Shown piece after piece: positions 1-10,945 of a stretch of 64,000 nt of DNA. Both the position numbers and the translations under genes were made by a program. This DNA is from a virus (taxonomy: Duplodnaviria; Heunggongvirae; Uroviricota; Caudoviricetes). Where the stretch lies: the IMG/VR virus record IMGVR_UViG_3300021255_000139, one strand, 5' to 3'. Position 1 is the first letter of the stretch. The number at the start of each line of letters is the position of its first letter. The notes under the pieces were generated by a model. That model worked only from the letters and a program-made list of their open reading frames with translations, did no database searches and was not told the DNA's origin.

Positions 1-59
1 ATAGAGATAGGTTTTTAGAACTTGTAAAAACTATTGAACGTCCTGGATTTGATAAACTT

Positions 60-611
60 ATGGAATTTGTGAACAAGTCAGATTTTTTCACAGCACCAGC
101 AAGTACAAGGTTTCATGGATCAGTGCCGGAAGGATTATTGATCCATAGCCTTAATGTATATGATCTGTTTGTCCAAAAGTGTGAATCACCAGTTTTTAAA
201 GAATTACTTGGAGATTTGCCGGATGATTCAAAGAAGATCATGGCTTTATTCCATGACATTTGTAAAACATATTTTTACACAACCGAATTTCGGAACAAAA
301 AAATATATTCAGAGACTGGTTCAAAGAGAGATGAACAAGGTCGGTTCGACTGGAAGTCAGTTCCGGCATATACCGTGAAAGATATGATTCCATACGGACA
401 CGGTGAAAAATCTGTAATGATGCTTGAACAGTATATCAATTTGACTCCTGTTGAAAGATACGCTATTCGATGGCACATGGGTTACACTGAACCGAAAGAA
501 AATTGGAATACATTAAGTGCAGCAATGGAAAAATATCCAGCCATTCTTGCATTACACGAAGCCGACCTCGAAGCGACACACATTCTCGAAAAAGACTTAG
601 TAGCAGAGTAG
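60..611 (+). CDS. HD-domain phosphohydrolase
   Basis: His/Asp motifs RFHGS...H and ALFHDICK typical of the HD superfamily. Confidence 0.5.
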   Translation: MEFVNKSDFFTAPASTRFHGSVPEGLLIHSLNVYDLFVQKCESPVFKELLGDLPDDSKKIMALFHDICKTYFYTTEFRNKKIYSETGSKRDEQGRFDWKSVPAYTVKDMIPYGHGEKSVMMLEQYINLTPVERYAIRWHMGYTEPKENWNTLSAAMEKYPAILALHEADLEATHILEKDLVAE

Positions 612-622
612 TACGGAATTTT

Positions 623-653
623 GAGGGAGTTTCAATGCTCCCTCTTATTTTTT
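623..653 (+). terminator. rho-independent terminator-like hairpin
   Basis: GAGGGAG-8 nt loop-CTCCCTC followed by TTATTTTTT. Confidence 0.5.
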
Positions 654-666
654 CAAAGGAAACAAT

Positions 667-1182
667 ATGGCAAAAGAAAAGTTTTTTAAATGCGCTTTCT
701 CACACTGCGAACATCCAGATAAAAAAATTCCAGAAGCAGAAGCAACTAAAATAAATATTAGATATTGGCACAAAGATTGTTATGAAATTTCACAGTTGAT
801 TCAAGAGATAGTAGATGATTGGCATGAAAATGTAAGTAATACTGTAGTTATGAGTTTGCTTAGAAAAACAATAAATACAATCATTTTTGATAAAATGAAC
901 AATCCGAAACTTCCAAAAAATGAATCAGATTTATATGCGGCAAGGTATTTAAACTTTGCTTTTCAATATGCATTAAATCATAACATTCCGTTGCGACATC
1001 CGCTTGGTTTACATTATCTAATTGATGATAGACAGATAAAAGAAGCGTGGAAAAAGAAAGAAGAAGCAAGATTGCAGAAAGAGGTATCAAAGGAAGTAGA
1101 TATGAGCGAATCAAAGCAGACTACGTTCACTGCAAAGAAAGCCCCAACAGATTTTGATGCTTTATTTGGAGGCGTAATTTAG
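667..1182 (+). CDS. hypothetical protein
   Basis: clean ORF directly upstream of helicase; no recognisable motifs. Confidence 0.4.
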   Translation: MAKEKFFKCAFSHCEHPDKKIPEAEATKINIRYWHKDCYEISQLIQEIVDDWHENVSNTVVMSLLRKTINTIIFDKMNNPKLPKNESDLYAARYLNFAFQYALNHNIPLRHPLGLHYLIDDRQIKEAWKKKEEARLQKEVSKEVDMSESKQTTFTAKKAPTDFDALFGGVI

Positions 1183-2525
1183 TGGCAGACGTTTACGAGA
1201 CGCTATCTGACACGCAGTCCGAAGCTGGCATTATTGCCACGTTGGTTTATCACCCGGAATTTATTCTTCATTCCGACTACCTAAAACCGGGCTATTTCTT
1301 TCATAAGGATAATGGTTGTATATATTGGGCGATAGATCAACTGTATAAAAATGGCGTTGAGAATATTGACGCATTCAATATCACAAATATGTTGCAGTCA
1401 AATAGTGCCGTAGCAAAGCAGATGACAAAGGTAAATATGCCACCAATGGAAGAGTATATTGATCTTTGTAAAGACGCAGCACGACATACATTAGCAGAAT
1501 ATCAGTTGTTGGTTGTTAATGTTGTCAGTCTTTCTTACAAGCGTGATTTATATAAAGAGTTAGGTAATTTGCAACAAGTAGCAATTACTCCTGACTTAAA
1601 TCTAAATCAAGTAAATAAAAAAGTTTTTGATGATCTCGAACAACTGACTAATAAATATATTTTTGATAATGAAACGCTGTTATTTGGTGAAAAGGTAAAT
1701 GGATTGTGGAAAGAGGTGTGCGACCGCCGTGTTGGTAATGGGTTATATGGGATTCCCTCAAAGTTTCCGATTATTGCAAAATACTTCACTTATGAAACCG
1801 GGGAACTGGTAATGGTTTGTGGTAAAAAGAAACGAGGAAAATCTGCATTCATGCTAAACGAAGCGGTACATAAGATTCAGAATGGTATTCCAACAATTTA
1901 CTTTGATACCGAAATGAATGATCGTCTTTTCTATGTAAGAATGTTGGCGAATATCACGGGGATTGAGCAGACAAAGATTAAGTCTGGAAATCTCGCACCA
2001 GAGGAACAGAAAATCATAGATGATGCGAATGAATGGTTGAAGAAACAGCCGTTTGTTCATAAGTTTATTCCTTCAATTACGATAGAAGAAATTTATCAAA
2101 CTTGCAAAATTCTTAAATATAAGATGGGATTGCAGTATGTAATATATGATTACTTCAAATCAGATGAAAGAAGTAGTAGCGACCAATATAATGATTTAGG
2201 AGCAAAGTGCGACTTTCTGAAGAATAGGATCGCTGGGGAATTAGACTTAGCTGTTCTTGCCGGAGCGCAGTTAAACAGACAAGGCGAAATAGCTGATTCT
2301 GACAAACTCGAACGATATGCCAGTGTAAGTGTTACATGGAGAAATAAGACTTCAGACGAAATCAGAGATGATGGAAAAGAATGCGGTAACTATGCTATGA
2401 CTGTAACACTCAATCGTAATGGTGAACAAATGTTTGATGATGACTACATTGACTTCAAGTTTGCCGGGGCGATTATGAGGATTGAAGAAGCAAAGCAACA
2501 TAATAGTGAAGAAAAGCCAATTTAG
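1182..2525 (+). CDS. dnaB: DnaB-like replicative DNA helicase
   Basis: DnaB N-terminal domain signature (GIIATLVYHPEF...FFHKDNGCIYWAI) and Walker A GKKKRGKS in a RecA-like C-domain. Confidence 0.8.
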   Translation: MADVYETLSDTQSEAGIIATLVYHPEFILHSDYLKPGYFFHKDNGCIYWAIDQLYKNGVENIDAFNITNMLQSNSAVAKQMTKVNMPPMEEYIDLCKDAARHTLAEYQLLVVNVVSLSYKRDLYKELGNLQQVAITPDLNLNQVNKKVFDDLEQLTNKYIFDNETLLFGEKVNGLWKEVCDRRVGNGLYGIPSKFPIIAKYFTYETGELVMVCGKKKRGKSAFMLNEAVHKIQNGIPTIYFDTEMNDRLFYVRMLANITGIEQTKIKSGNLAPEEQKIIDDANEWLKKQPFVHKFIPSITIEEIYQTCKILKYKMGLQYVIYDYFKSDERSSSDQYNDLGAKCDFLKNRIAGELDLAVLAGAQLNRQGEIADSDKLERYASVSVTWRNKTSDEIRDDGKECGNYAMTVTLNRNGEQMFDDDYIDFKFAGAIMRIEEAKQHNSEEKPI

Positions 2526-2536
2526 GCGGTGTGTAG

Positions 2537-3559
2537 ATGGAAGAATATAGCGAGGAACTAATTCAGGAGATAAAAAATCAGATTGATATTGCAGAATTTA
2601 TATCCGAATACGTGCCACTAAATAGAAAAGGTAGAGACTGGTTCGGTAGATGCCCGTTTCACAATGAGCGCACTGCATCTTTTAGTGTTACACCATCGAA
2701 GAGAACATATTATTGTTTTGGCTGTGGTTGTGGTGGGGATATCATCAGTTTTTGCACGAGTTATTTAGGAATGCCGTATAATGAAGCGATCAAGTATCTT
2801 GCTGGACTTGCTGGACTTGATGCTGAAAAGACAACAGTTTCCTCGTCTGTAAAGTATTTTAAAAAAATGAAACGTGCGAACCGATTGTCTAAACCTACCC
2901 CACATAAGATAATTGGTTCTCACATTTTGACAACATTTGAGTATAAAGACATTGTTGAATGGATCAATGAAGGTATTCCACAACAAGTCATGCAGCAGTA
3001 TGGAGTAGCATATGATAGGCAACTTGACAGTAGATATGACCGCATAGTTTACCCGGTTTACGATATAGACGGAAATCTAATCAATGTAAAAGGTCGGACA
3101 TTATGCAAGACATACAAAGAAGAGAAGCCAATGATCCCGAAATATATGAACTACTATCCGATAGGTGATCTGGATTATTTTCAGGGGTTGAATTTCAAAA
3201 AGGAGATAATTCAGAGAAAAGGTGAAGCAATAATTTTTGAATCGTTCAAGAGCGTGATGAAAGCTGATAGTTTTGGTTGGTATAACTCTATATCATCAGA
3301 GACAAGCAAAATTAACCCATATCAGCTTCAAATACTCATTAGACTGCACGTAGACGTTACAATCGCTTTTGACGCAGATGTGGGCTTAAAATGGCTTAAA
3401 AACGATGATAAAATCGGCATTTTATCGAAGTTCACAAATGTATACATAGTCTATGATAAAGACGGTCTATTGGGTGATAAGAGCCTTAAAAATGCACCTG
3501 TGGATTGTGGAAAGGAAGTATGGGAAAAATTATATGCGCAGAGAATAAGGTTAAATTAA
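2537..3559 (+). CDS. dnaG: DNA primase (DnaG-like, CHC2 zinc finger + TOPRIM)
   Basis: CPFHNERTASFSV...YYCFGCGCGGDIISF zinc-finger signature of DnaG primases. Confidence 0.75.
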   Translation: MEEYSEELIQEIKNQIDIAEFISEYVPLNRKGRDWFGRCPFHNERTASFSVTPSKRTYYCFGCGCGGDIISFCTSYLGMPYNEAIKYLAGLAGLDAEKTTVSSSVKYFKKMKRANRLSKPTPHKIIGSHILTTFEYKDIVEWINEGIPQQVMQQYGVAYDRQLDSRYDRIVYPVYDIDGNLINVKGRTLCKTYKEEKPMIPKYMNYYPIGDLDYFQGLNFKKEIIQRKGEAIIFESFKSVMKADSFGWYNSISSETSKINPYQLQILIRLHVDVTIAFDADVGLKWLKNDDKIGILSKFTNVYIVYDKDGLLGDKSLKNAPVDCGKEVWEKLYAQRIRLN

Positions 3560-4336
3560 ATGTCACAATATAGTTTTATGATTGATAATATGGTGTGGAG
3601 TTTCAGCCGAATCAATTCTTTCAATGTGTGTCCTTATGAGTGGTATTTGCAGTACATTGAAGGGTTGCAAGGTGAAAATAACTTCTATGCAGAGTTTGGA
3701 ACTTATTGCCATAAGATTCTTGAAAAGTATGAAAAAGGTGAACTTGGCATATTTGATCTTGCTGATTATTTTGTAGACCATTTTGACGAAGAAATAAAGT
3801 CAAATGTAAGCAATCCAGAAAAATATATCGAATTAGGAAAATCCTATTTTGAAAATATTGATCTTGATTTAGGCAACTATGAAGTTCTTGGCATTGAGAA
3901 AAAATGCGATTTTGAATTAGAAGGTCGAAAGTTTACTGGTTTCATTGACTTACTTCTTAAAGATAAGGAGACTGGAGAGATTGTTTTAATTGATCATAAA
4001 TCTTCAAAATATCCGCTTGGAAAACGGGGTGGAGTTTTAAAGTCAGAAGCAGAAAAATTCGACCAATATAAAAAGCAATTATATATTTATTGCACACAAG
4101 TTTACAACGAATACGGAATATTCCCTACTAAAATAGGGTGGAATTATTTCAAAGAGCAGAAATGGCTTGTATTGGATTTCTTAAAAGAAGAATATGACGA
4201 AGCGATTAAATGGGCTTTGAAAACAATAGTTGAAATCAATGATACTGAATATTTTGCACCGAATCCATCGTTCTATTACTGTGCGAATTTGTGCAGATTC
4301 CGTAATTCCTATTGCGAGTTTAAGAATTATGGTTAA
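3560..4336 (+). CDS. PD-(D/E)XK nuclease, Cas4/RecB-like with Fe-S cysteines
   Basis: GFIDLLL...LIDHKS nuclease core, N-terminal Cys plus C-terminal YYCANLCRFRNSYC cluster. Confidence 0.65.
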   Translation: MSQYSFMIDNMVWSFSRINSFNVCPYEWYLQYIEGLQGENNFYAEFGTYCHKILEKYEKGELGIFDLADYFVDHFDEEIKSNVSNPEKYIELGKSYFENIDLDLGNYEVLGIEKKCDFELEGRKFTGFIDLLLKDKETGEIVLIDHKSSKYPLGKRGGVLKSEAEKFDQYKKQLYIYCTQVYNEYGIFPTKIGWNYFKEQKWLVLDFLKEEYDEAIKWALKTIVEINDTEYFAPNPSFYYCANLCRFRNSYCEFKNYG

Positions 4337-4347
4337 GGTGGTGGGAT

Positions 4348-7300
4348 ATGCAGAATTATCATAGACATACATCTTACTCAAATATATTTACGCCTGATTC
4401 TGCAGCAATGAATGAGCATTATGCTAAACGTGCTGTGGAATTAGGGCATAAAATAATCTGTTCTATGGAACATGGATGGCAAGGAAATTATTTTGAATGT
4501 TATGAATTGGCAAAAAAATATAACCTTAAATTCGTGTTTGGGGTAGAAGGATATTGGGTTAAAGATAGACAAAAAGAATATTTTAATGGTCTGAATAAAA
4601 AAGGTGAAGAAACATATGCAAAAGACAGAAGCAACCATCATATTGTTTTACTTGCCAAAAATGAAAATGGTAGACAGGCAATAAATGAAGCATTGTCTGA
4701 AGCTAATGAAACTGGATATTATTTTAGACCACGATTAGATTTAGAGTTACTGTTAAATCTGCCACCAGATGATGTATTTGTAACAACTGCTTGTATAGCG
4801 TTTGCCGGATATGAAGATATAGATGATATCATTTTGCAGCTTCATGATCATTTTAAATCAAACTTCATGCTTGAAATACAGAATCATGACACTGATAAAC
4901 AAAGAGAATGGAATAAACATTTAAAAGAAATTGGAGAAAAACACGGAATTGAACTGATTGTCGGGTTGGACAGTCATTATATTTATGAAGATGATGACTG
5001 GAAACGTGATGCAATCTTGCAAGCAAAAGGTGTTATCTATGAGGACGAAATCGGGTGGTTCATGTCTTATCCGAGCGATGAAGTTGTTATGGAACGCTTT
5101 CTCAAACAAGGAATTTTCACACGAGAAGAAGTTCAAAGAGCAATGGATAACACAGATATTACATTGACGTTCGATGATTATGATAATGTTCCGATATTCT
5201 CAAAGGACATCAAACTGCCGACTTTATATCCTGATTTGACTATTGAAGAAAAGAATAAATTGTATCGTAGGTTGATTGGGAAAAAGTTTGTAGAGTACAT
5301 GAAGAAAATACCAAAAGAAGATTACGATAGATACTATGAAGGTGTTGAATCAGAAATAAAGACTTATGAAGATACTGGAATGGTTGATTATCCTCTTTTG
5401 GATTATGAAATTGTAAAGGATGCAGTAGAACATGGTGGACTAATCACCGACACCGGGAGAGGTAGTGCAGTTGGATTTTTGACAAATACATTGTGCGGAT
5501 TCTCAAAAGTTGATAGATTCACTTCTGCAATCAAACTGTACCCAGAGCGATTCATTTCAACAACGAGAATTTTAGAGACTCACAGTTTACCCGATATTGA
5601 CTTGAACGTTGGAACACCAGAGATATTTGAAGAAGCACAAGTACGAGTATTAGGACAAGAACATACTTATCCTATGATCGCATTTGGAACATTGAAAAAG
5701 AAATCAGCTTTCAAATTATATGCAAAAGCAGAAGGAATTGATTTTTCACTTGCTAATGCAATTTCTGAACAGATTGGAAATTATGATGAAGCATATAAGA
5801 AAGCTGATGATGAAGAAAGAGAAAGTCTTGATATTTATGATTTTGTAGATCGTGAATATGAAGAGTACCTTGAAAAAAGCCAAGAATATTGGGGAATTAT
5901 TTCTGATAAAAAGAAAGCACCGTCTGCCTATTTATTATATCAAGGAAATATTAGACGAGAAATAGGATTGATTAAATGTAAAAGTGAATCAACCAAAAAA
6001 GAATATATTACTTGTGTAATAGATGGTGCTGTCGCAGAAAACTACAAGTTTTTGAAAAACGACATATTGAAGGTCGATGTTGTCCTACTGATCGACAAAG
6101 TGTTTAAAAGAATAGGTATAGAACATTTTGATGTAAATACATTGTTAAAACTATCAGAAAATGATAATAAAGTTTGGGATTTGTATGCTAATGGCTATAC
6201 GATGGGAATGAATCAAGTTGAGCAAGACGGTAGTCGGAAAAAATGTATGAGGTATAAACCACATAATATTTCAGAATTGTCAGCTTTCGTTGCAGCGATA
6301 CGACCCGGATTCAAATCCATGTATAATAAATTTGAAAAACGAGAAGAGTTCAGCTATGGACTTCCTGCACTTGATAATTTAATACAGACAGAGCAATTCC
6401 CATATTCATACATGATTTATCAGGAAAATATAATGTCGGTATTGCATTATGCCGGATTTCCGATGGATCAATGCTACGGTATCATTAAAGCTATTGCTAA
6501 GAAACATCCAGAGAAGGTTCTTCCATTGAAGTCTCAATTCATAGAAGGATTTAAACAAAAAATCATTGAAGATGAACATATTAGTGAAGAAAAAGCGGAT
6601 GATTACAGTGCGATGGTATGGCAGATTATCAACGATAATGTCTCATACTCGTTTAATTCAGCCCATGCCTATAGTGTGGCATTGGATAGTCTTTATCAAG
6701 GTTGGCAAAAAGCAAATTATCCGTATGAATTTTATGAGACTCTTTTGCAGCACTATTCCGACAAAGGGAAAAAAGAGAAAGTTGCGGCACTAAAAAAAGA
6801 AATGAAGAAAGCCTTTAATATCCTTGAAGGTGATTATAAATTCCGTAACGATAACCGGGCTTTTGCATCAGATAAAGAAAAAGGTGTGATTTATCCATCC
6901 CTTGCATCTGTCAAAAATGTGTCACAGAAAACCGCAAACTCTCTCTACAAGTTAGGGAAAAATACATACAACTCATATATTGATCTTTTGGTCGATATAA
7001 AGAAAGAAAAGATAAATATACGGCAGCTTGACATCTTAATAAAGTTGGATTATTTTAGTGAATTTGGTGAAATTAACAATATTCTTGCGCAGACTGCATT
7101 GTTCGAGAAATTCTATACACGCAGCCAGATTAAAAAAGCAGATATTCCAGCACTTGATTTGTCCGAAGAAGTGATACGATCTCACGCCGGAAAAGAAACA
7201 GAAAAGTTATACTCTAACATAGATATGATTGCTCTAATTAAAGAATTGGCGAAATCTGTTTCAAGTCGTAGAACAACGACCGCACAGAAAGCATATTACC

Positions 7301-7617
7301 AGTGGCGATATTTAGGATATGTCGATTTAATTGATCCAGACTATAAAGGATATTGTATTGTAAACTCTGTGAATGCAAATTATACACCACGATTGAATGT
7401 TTATCCGCTGGCAAATGGCAATGCTTTAAGTGTTAAAATTTCAAAACCGATATTTCGCAAGAATCCAGTTGAAGAAGGAGATGTCTTGAAAGTCGGCAAC
7501 CAAAGAAAAAAGAATAGAGTGCGATTAACGCCTGACGGAAAATTTGTACCCATAGATGATGAATTTGAATGGTGGATAACAGAATATGAAATAGTTGGAG
7601 TCACAAAAGACAAATGA
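4348..7617 (+). CDS. dnaE: DNA polymerase III alpha subunit (DnaE-type C-family polymerase)
   Basis: N-terminal PHP domain (HRHTSYS...), 1089 aa, polymerase core motifs. Confidence 0.85.
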   Translation: MQNYHRHTSYSNIFTPDSAAMNEHYAKRAVELGHKIICSMEHGWQGNYFECYELAKKYNLKFVFGVEGYWVKDRQKEYFNGLNKKGEETYAKDRSNHHIVLLAKNENGRQAINEALSEANETGYYFRPRLDLELLLNLPPDDVFVTTACIAFAGYEDIDDIILQLHDHFKSNFMLEIQNHDTDKQREWNKHLKEIGEKHGIELIVGLDSHYIYEDDDWKRDAILQAKGVIYEDEIGWFMSYPSDEVVMERFLKQGIFTREEVQRAMDNTDITLTFDDYDNVPIFSKDIKLPTLYPDLTIEEKNKLYRRLIGKKFVEYMKKIPKEDYDRYYEGVESEIKTYEDTGMVDYPLLDYEIVKDAVEHGGLITDTGRGSAVGFLTNTLCGFSKVDRFTSAIKLYPERFISTTRILETHSLPDIDLNVGTPEIFEEAQVRVLGQEHTYPMIAFGTLKKKSAFKLYAKAEGIDFSLANAISEQIGNYDEAYKKADDEERESLDIYDFVDREYEEYLEKSQEYWGIISDKKKAPSAYLLYQGNIRREIGLIKCKSESTKKEYITCVIDGAVAENYKFLKNDILKVDVVLLIDKVFKRIGIEHFDVNTLLKLSENDNKVWDLYANGYTMGMNQVEQDGSRKKCMRYKPHNISELSAFVAAIRPGFKSMYNKFEKREEFSYGLPALDNLIQTEQFPYSYMIYQENIMSVLHYAGFPMDQCYGIIKAIAKKHPEKVLPLKSQFIEGFKQKIIEDEHISEEKADDYSAMVWQIINDNVSYSFNSAHAYSVALDSLYQGWQKANYPYEFYETLLQHYSDKGKKEKVAALKKEMKKAFNILEGDYKFRNDNRAFASDKEKGVIYPSLASVKNVSQKTANSLYKLGKNTYNSYIDLLVDIKKEKINIRQLDILIKLDYFSEFGEINNILAQTALFEKFYTRSQIKKADIPALDLSEEVIRSHAGKETEKLYSNIDMIALIKELAKSVSSRRTTTAQKAYYQWRYLGYVDLIDPDYKGYCIVNSVNANYTPRLNVYPLANGNALSVKISKPIFRKNPVEEGDVLKVGNQRKKNRVRLTPDGKFVPIDDEFEWWITEYEIVGVTKDK

Positions 7618-8153
7618 TATTAGGAAAGTATAAGTATACGGAGTCCGAAGAAAAGGAACTCCTGTCATCTATTGTGATTTTGGTCGATACAAGGGAAAAG
7701 AAAAACGATCATATAATTGCATACTTTGACAAATACGATATTCCATATAAGAAAAAAGCATTGAAACAAGGTGATTACAGTTTCTTCATTCCGAAAAACG
7801 ATGCCTTGTCTATCGTGCGAGACACTTACTTTGACAGCGAGATAATCATTGAGCGTAAAGCTAACTTGAACGAATTATCGAACAATTTATCAAATGATCG
7901 TTCGAGATTTGAAGAAGAGTTTTCAATCGCAAAAGCGCACAAGAAGTATTTATTGATTGAGAATGCAAATTATTCAGATGTTGTACAAGGAAATTATGAC
8001 ACACAATATAATAAGAAGTCATTTCTTGCCAGTTTGCATAGCTTCAATCATAAGTATAATCTGGAGATAGTATTTATCCCGGATCACAATTATACGCCCA
8101 TTTTCATATATGGAACTATGCAGTATTATTTGAGAAATCAGTTAAAATCTTAA
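7614..8153 (+). CDS. ERCC4-type (XPF/Mus81/Hef-like) nuclease
   Basis: VDTREKK ... GDY ... IIERK(A)NL motif order characteristic of the ERCC4 nuclease domain. Confidence 0.5.
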   Translation: MILGKYKYTESEEKELLSSIVILVDTREKKNDHIIAYFDKYDIPYKKKALKQGDYSFFIPKNDALSIVRDTYFDSEIIIERKANLNELSNNLSNDRSRFEEEFSIAKAHKKYLLIENANYSDVVQGNYDTQYNKKSFLASLHSFNHKYNLEIVFIPDHNYTPIFIYGTMQYYLRNQLKS

Positions 8154-8180
8154 TATTGTGGGGGTGAAAATCCCCACAAT
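8154..8180 (+). terminator. perfect hairpin TTGTGGGGG-TGAAAA-TCCCCACAA
   Basis: 9-bp GC-rich stem directly after gene stop; no U-tract, so terminator or protein site. Confidence 0.4.
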
Positions 8181-8184
8181 ATAC

Positions 8185-8212
8185 TTGACATTTTCTCAAA
8201 AAGCGTTATAAT
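8185..8212 (+). promoter_or_regulatory. sigma70-like promoter (TTGACA-16 nt-TATAAT)
   Basis: consensus -35 at 8185-8190 and consensus -10 at 8207-8212, 37 nt upstream of ligA start. Confidence 0.55.
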
Positions 8213-8249
8213 ATATAACGAATAAATAAATACACGAAAGGAAATCAAC

Positions 8250-10205
8250 ATGACCGATATTGAGCGTGTAAAACAACTTACAGAAATTCTTAATCAATAC
8301 CGTGACGAATACTACAATCTTTCTCGTCCATCGGTATCAGACGAAGAGTATGATGCGCTGTTTGACGAACTGACAGAGTTGGAGAAGAAAACCGGGTTTA
8401 TCTGCAACAACAGTCCAACTCAAACAGTTGGTTATACTGTAAACACATCTCTTCTGAAAGTCAAGCACGATCATCCGCTATTGAGTCTTGCCAAAACAAA
8501 AGATTTTTACGAAGCTGCGAACTTCACTGGTTCAGAAGAAGCACTTCTTATGTTTAAGCTGGATGGTTTAACTGTATGTCTTACATATGAAAGCGGTGAA
8601 CTGATTGAAGCAAGCACCCGTGGGAATGGAGAAGAAGGAAGTCTCATTACGGATAATGCAAGAACTTTTATCAATGTTCCTAAGTCAATTCCTTTTCTTG
8701 GTCGCTTAAAAATTGTCGGAGAAGGTATTATTAGAAGAAACGACTTTGATGAAATTAACTCCACAATGCCGGAAGGTGAAAAATATAAAACACCGAGAAA
8801 CCTTGCAAGCGGAAGTATTCAGCAGCTTGACTCTGGAATTTGCGCACAGCGGAGAGTCAGATTTTATGCTTTCAATGTCCTTGAAGGAATTGACGAACCG
8901 TTTCTGAGTCGTAGACTTGAAGTCGCAAAATCTTATGGGTTTGACATTTGCCCGTTTGAAATTCTGAATAATGAGAAAAACTTTGCGGATAGAGTAGATG
9001 AAATGGTCAGAAACGCCGACTCAATGAGCATTCCGATTGATGGTCTGGTAATCATGTACAATAACATTGCATATGGGTATTCTCTTGGTCGGACAGGACA
9101 TCATTACAGAAATGGAATTGCGCTGAAATTCCAAGAAGAAGAGGAAGAAACAATCCTCCGGGATATTGAATGGCAAGTCGGACGAACTGGAAAAATCACA
9201 CCTGTTGCAATTTTTGATACTGTTATTCTTGACGGAACTAACGTATCTGCAGCATCGTTACACAACATCAGCACAATGCGGAAGTTAGGAATTAAGAAAG
9301 GTGCGACAGTAACAGTTGTCAAAAAGAACGAAATCATACCACAGATTGTAAAATCAGTTGGTGGATCAGAAGAGTTTGATTATCCGGCTGTTTGCCCTGT
9401 TTGTGGAAGTCCGTCAATTATCAAGAATGATGGTACAACAATTACCGCATGGTGTGAGGATGAAGATTGTGTTGCAAAAAACATCAGAAGTCTTACATAC
9501 TTTGCTTCTAAGGATTGTATGAATATTGATGGACTATCTGAAAAAACATTACAGAAGTTTGTTGATGAAGGGCTGATTAAGAATGTCTATGATATCTATA
9601 CTCTCAAAGATCATAAAGAAGAGATTATCTCTTTTGAAGGAATGGGAGAAAAGATGTATGAATCTTTAGTTTCTGCCATTGAAAAGAGTAGAAAAGTAAA
9701 GTTGGAAAATTTCATAGCAGCATTAGGGATTCCAAATGTCGCACTATCTAAGGCAAAAATAATCAGCAGACATTTTGATGGAAAATGGAGCGAGTTCAAA
9801 AAAGCGGTCGATGATAATTTTGATTTTACAACGCTTGATGGATTTGGAACAGAGATCAATAGATATATTCACACATTCTTCAGATACAAATTCGATGTAA
9901 AACCAGAATATAAGAAATTGCTTGATACAATCGGATTTATTATCGCAGAAAACTCGAACACCAATTTTTCTCTGGCTGGAAAAACATTTGTAATTACGGG
10001 GTCTTTAAATAATTTCTCTAGTAGAAAAGTCCTCCAAGATAAGATTGAAAGTATGGGTGGAAAAGTTGCTGGAAGTGTCAGTAAGAATACAGATTACTTG
10101 ATTAATAATGATTCAACAAGTTCTTCGACAAAAAATAAAAAAGCACAGATTTTGAATGTGCCGATTATTACAGAAGAGGAATTTTTGAATATGATAAATG
10201 AATAA
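8250..10205 (+). CDS. ligA: NAD-dependent DNA ligase
   Basis: adenylation motif KLDG, OB/zinc/HhH regions, C-terminal BRCT (AGKTFVITGSL). Confidence 0.9.
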   Translation: MTDIERVKQLTEILNQYRDEYYNLSRPSVSDEEYDALFDELTELEKKTGFICNNSPTQTVGYTVNTSLLKVKHDHPLLSLAKTKDFYEAANFTGSEEALLMFKLDGLTVCLTYESGELIEASTRGNGEEGSLITDNARTFINVPKSIPFLGRLKIVGEGIIRRNDFDEINSTMPEGEKYKTPRNLASGSIQQLDSGICAQRRVRFYAFNVLEGIDEPFLSRRLEVAKSYGFDICPFEILNNEKNFADRVDEMVRNADSMSIPIDGLVIMYNNIAYGYSLGRTGHHYRNGIALKFQEEEEETILRDIEWQVGRTGKITPVAIFDTVILDGTNVSAASLHNISTMRKLGIKKGATVTVVKKNEIIPQIVKSVGGSEEFDYPAVCPVCGSPSIIKNDGTTITAWCEDEDCVAKNIRSLTYFASKDCMNIDGLSEKTLQKFVDEGLIKNVYDIYTLKDHKEEIISFEGMGEKMYESLVSAIEKSRKVKLENFIAALGIPNVALSKAKIISRHFDGKWSEFKKAVDDNFDFTTLDGFGTEINRYIHTFFRYKFDVKPEYKKLLDTIGFIIAENSNTNFSLAGKTFVITGSLNNFSSRKVLQDKIESMGGKVAGSVSKNTDYLINNDSTSSSTKNKKAQILNVPIITEEEFLNMINE

Positions 10206-10221
10206 ATAGGAGTAATATTTA

Positions 10222-10521
10222 ATGAAGAAACTTTTTATCAGTCAGCCCATGAATGGGAAAACAGATGAAGAAATACTTGCAGAACGTAATAGAGCGATTG
10301 ATTATGCAAGTAAAATGATTAAAGATGAAGTAACTGTAATTGATTCATTTTTTGAAAAAGCACCAGTTGGAGCAAAGCCACTGTGGTTTCTTGGGAAGTC
10401 AATCGAACTTCTTTCAGACGCTGATGTAGTGTATTTTGCTGCTGGTTGGGAAGAAGCCAGAGGTTGCCGGATCGAACATGAATGTGCTGTTGAATATGGT
10501 ATTGATGTAATAGAATCATGA
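10222..10521 (+). CDS. nucleoside 2-deoxyribosyltransferase-like (DUF4406-like) small protein
   Basis: about 100 aa, DADVVYFAAGWEEARGCRIEHECA resembles DUF4406/NDT-like fold; weak. Confidence 0.3.
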   Translation: MKKLFISQPMNGKTDEEILAERNRAIDYASKMIKDEVTVIDSFFEKAPVGAKPLWFLGKSIELLSDADVVYFAAGWEEARGCRIEHECAVEYGIDVIES

Positions 10522-10739
10522 GAAAGTTTTTAAATATATTTGCAATCTTCTTATTCTTTTTGGGATTGATTGCGATGATGGCAAATATAGCTTGTCCGTT
10601 TGTGTATTGTCATTTTCATGGGATAACAGTTGCCACAATTTTTATAGGTATTGGATATTTCTTTTTATTCGATACTATATGGGGAGCGGTAGCTATAATT
10701 GGTTATCTATTGTGGGTAAGAGATGAAATAAGATATTAA
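10518..10739 (+). CDS. small membrane protein
   Basis: two hydrophobic helices. Confidence 0.4.
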   Translation: MRKFLNIFAIFLFFLGLIAMMANIACPFVYCHFHGITVATIFIGIGYFFLFDTIWGAVAIIGYLLWVRDEIRY

Positions 10740-10747
10740 GCAGTATA

Positions 10748-10898
10748 AAATTAGTCTTTTATTCACTGTTTTTAAAACCACCTATTTGTGTAACTTTTTG
10801 CTCTTTGAAAACCTATAAAATAACTTGAATTAGCTTTTATCTATCTTGGAAATAACGTAAAAAGGTTATTTGATCCCGGATAGATAAAAGACTAATTT
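10748..10898 (+). promoter_or_regulatory. structured leader element A (15-nt long-range inverted repeat AAATTAGTCTTTTAT / ATAAAAGACTAATTT enclosing hairpin with ATAACGTAAAAA loop)
   Basis: seen directly; paralogous to elements at 14576 and 16442 with compensatory arm changes. Confidence 0.55.
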
Positions 10899-10945
10899 AC
10901 AGTTCAATAGATGATTATCTTGCAGATTCTCCGCAAAACGAGATT

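Noticed and set aside
154-478. Overlapping alternative-frame ORFs inside the HD-hydrolase gene (154-378 +, 275-478 -)
   Set aside because: Embedded in a motif-bearing gene and have no RBS. This pattern recurs throughout the ORF track and was ignored genome-wide.
10834-10900. preQ1-type riboswitch upstream of the PP-loop (QueC-like) gene
   Set aside because: Hairpin plus A-rich tail is superficially similar, but the conserved loop ATAACGTAAAAA and stem lengths do not match the preQ1-I/II consensus I know. The same element precedes two MTase genes.
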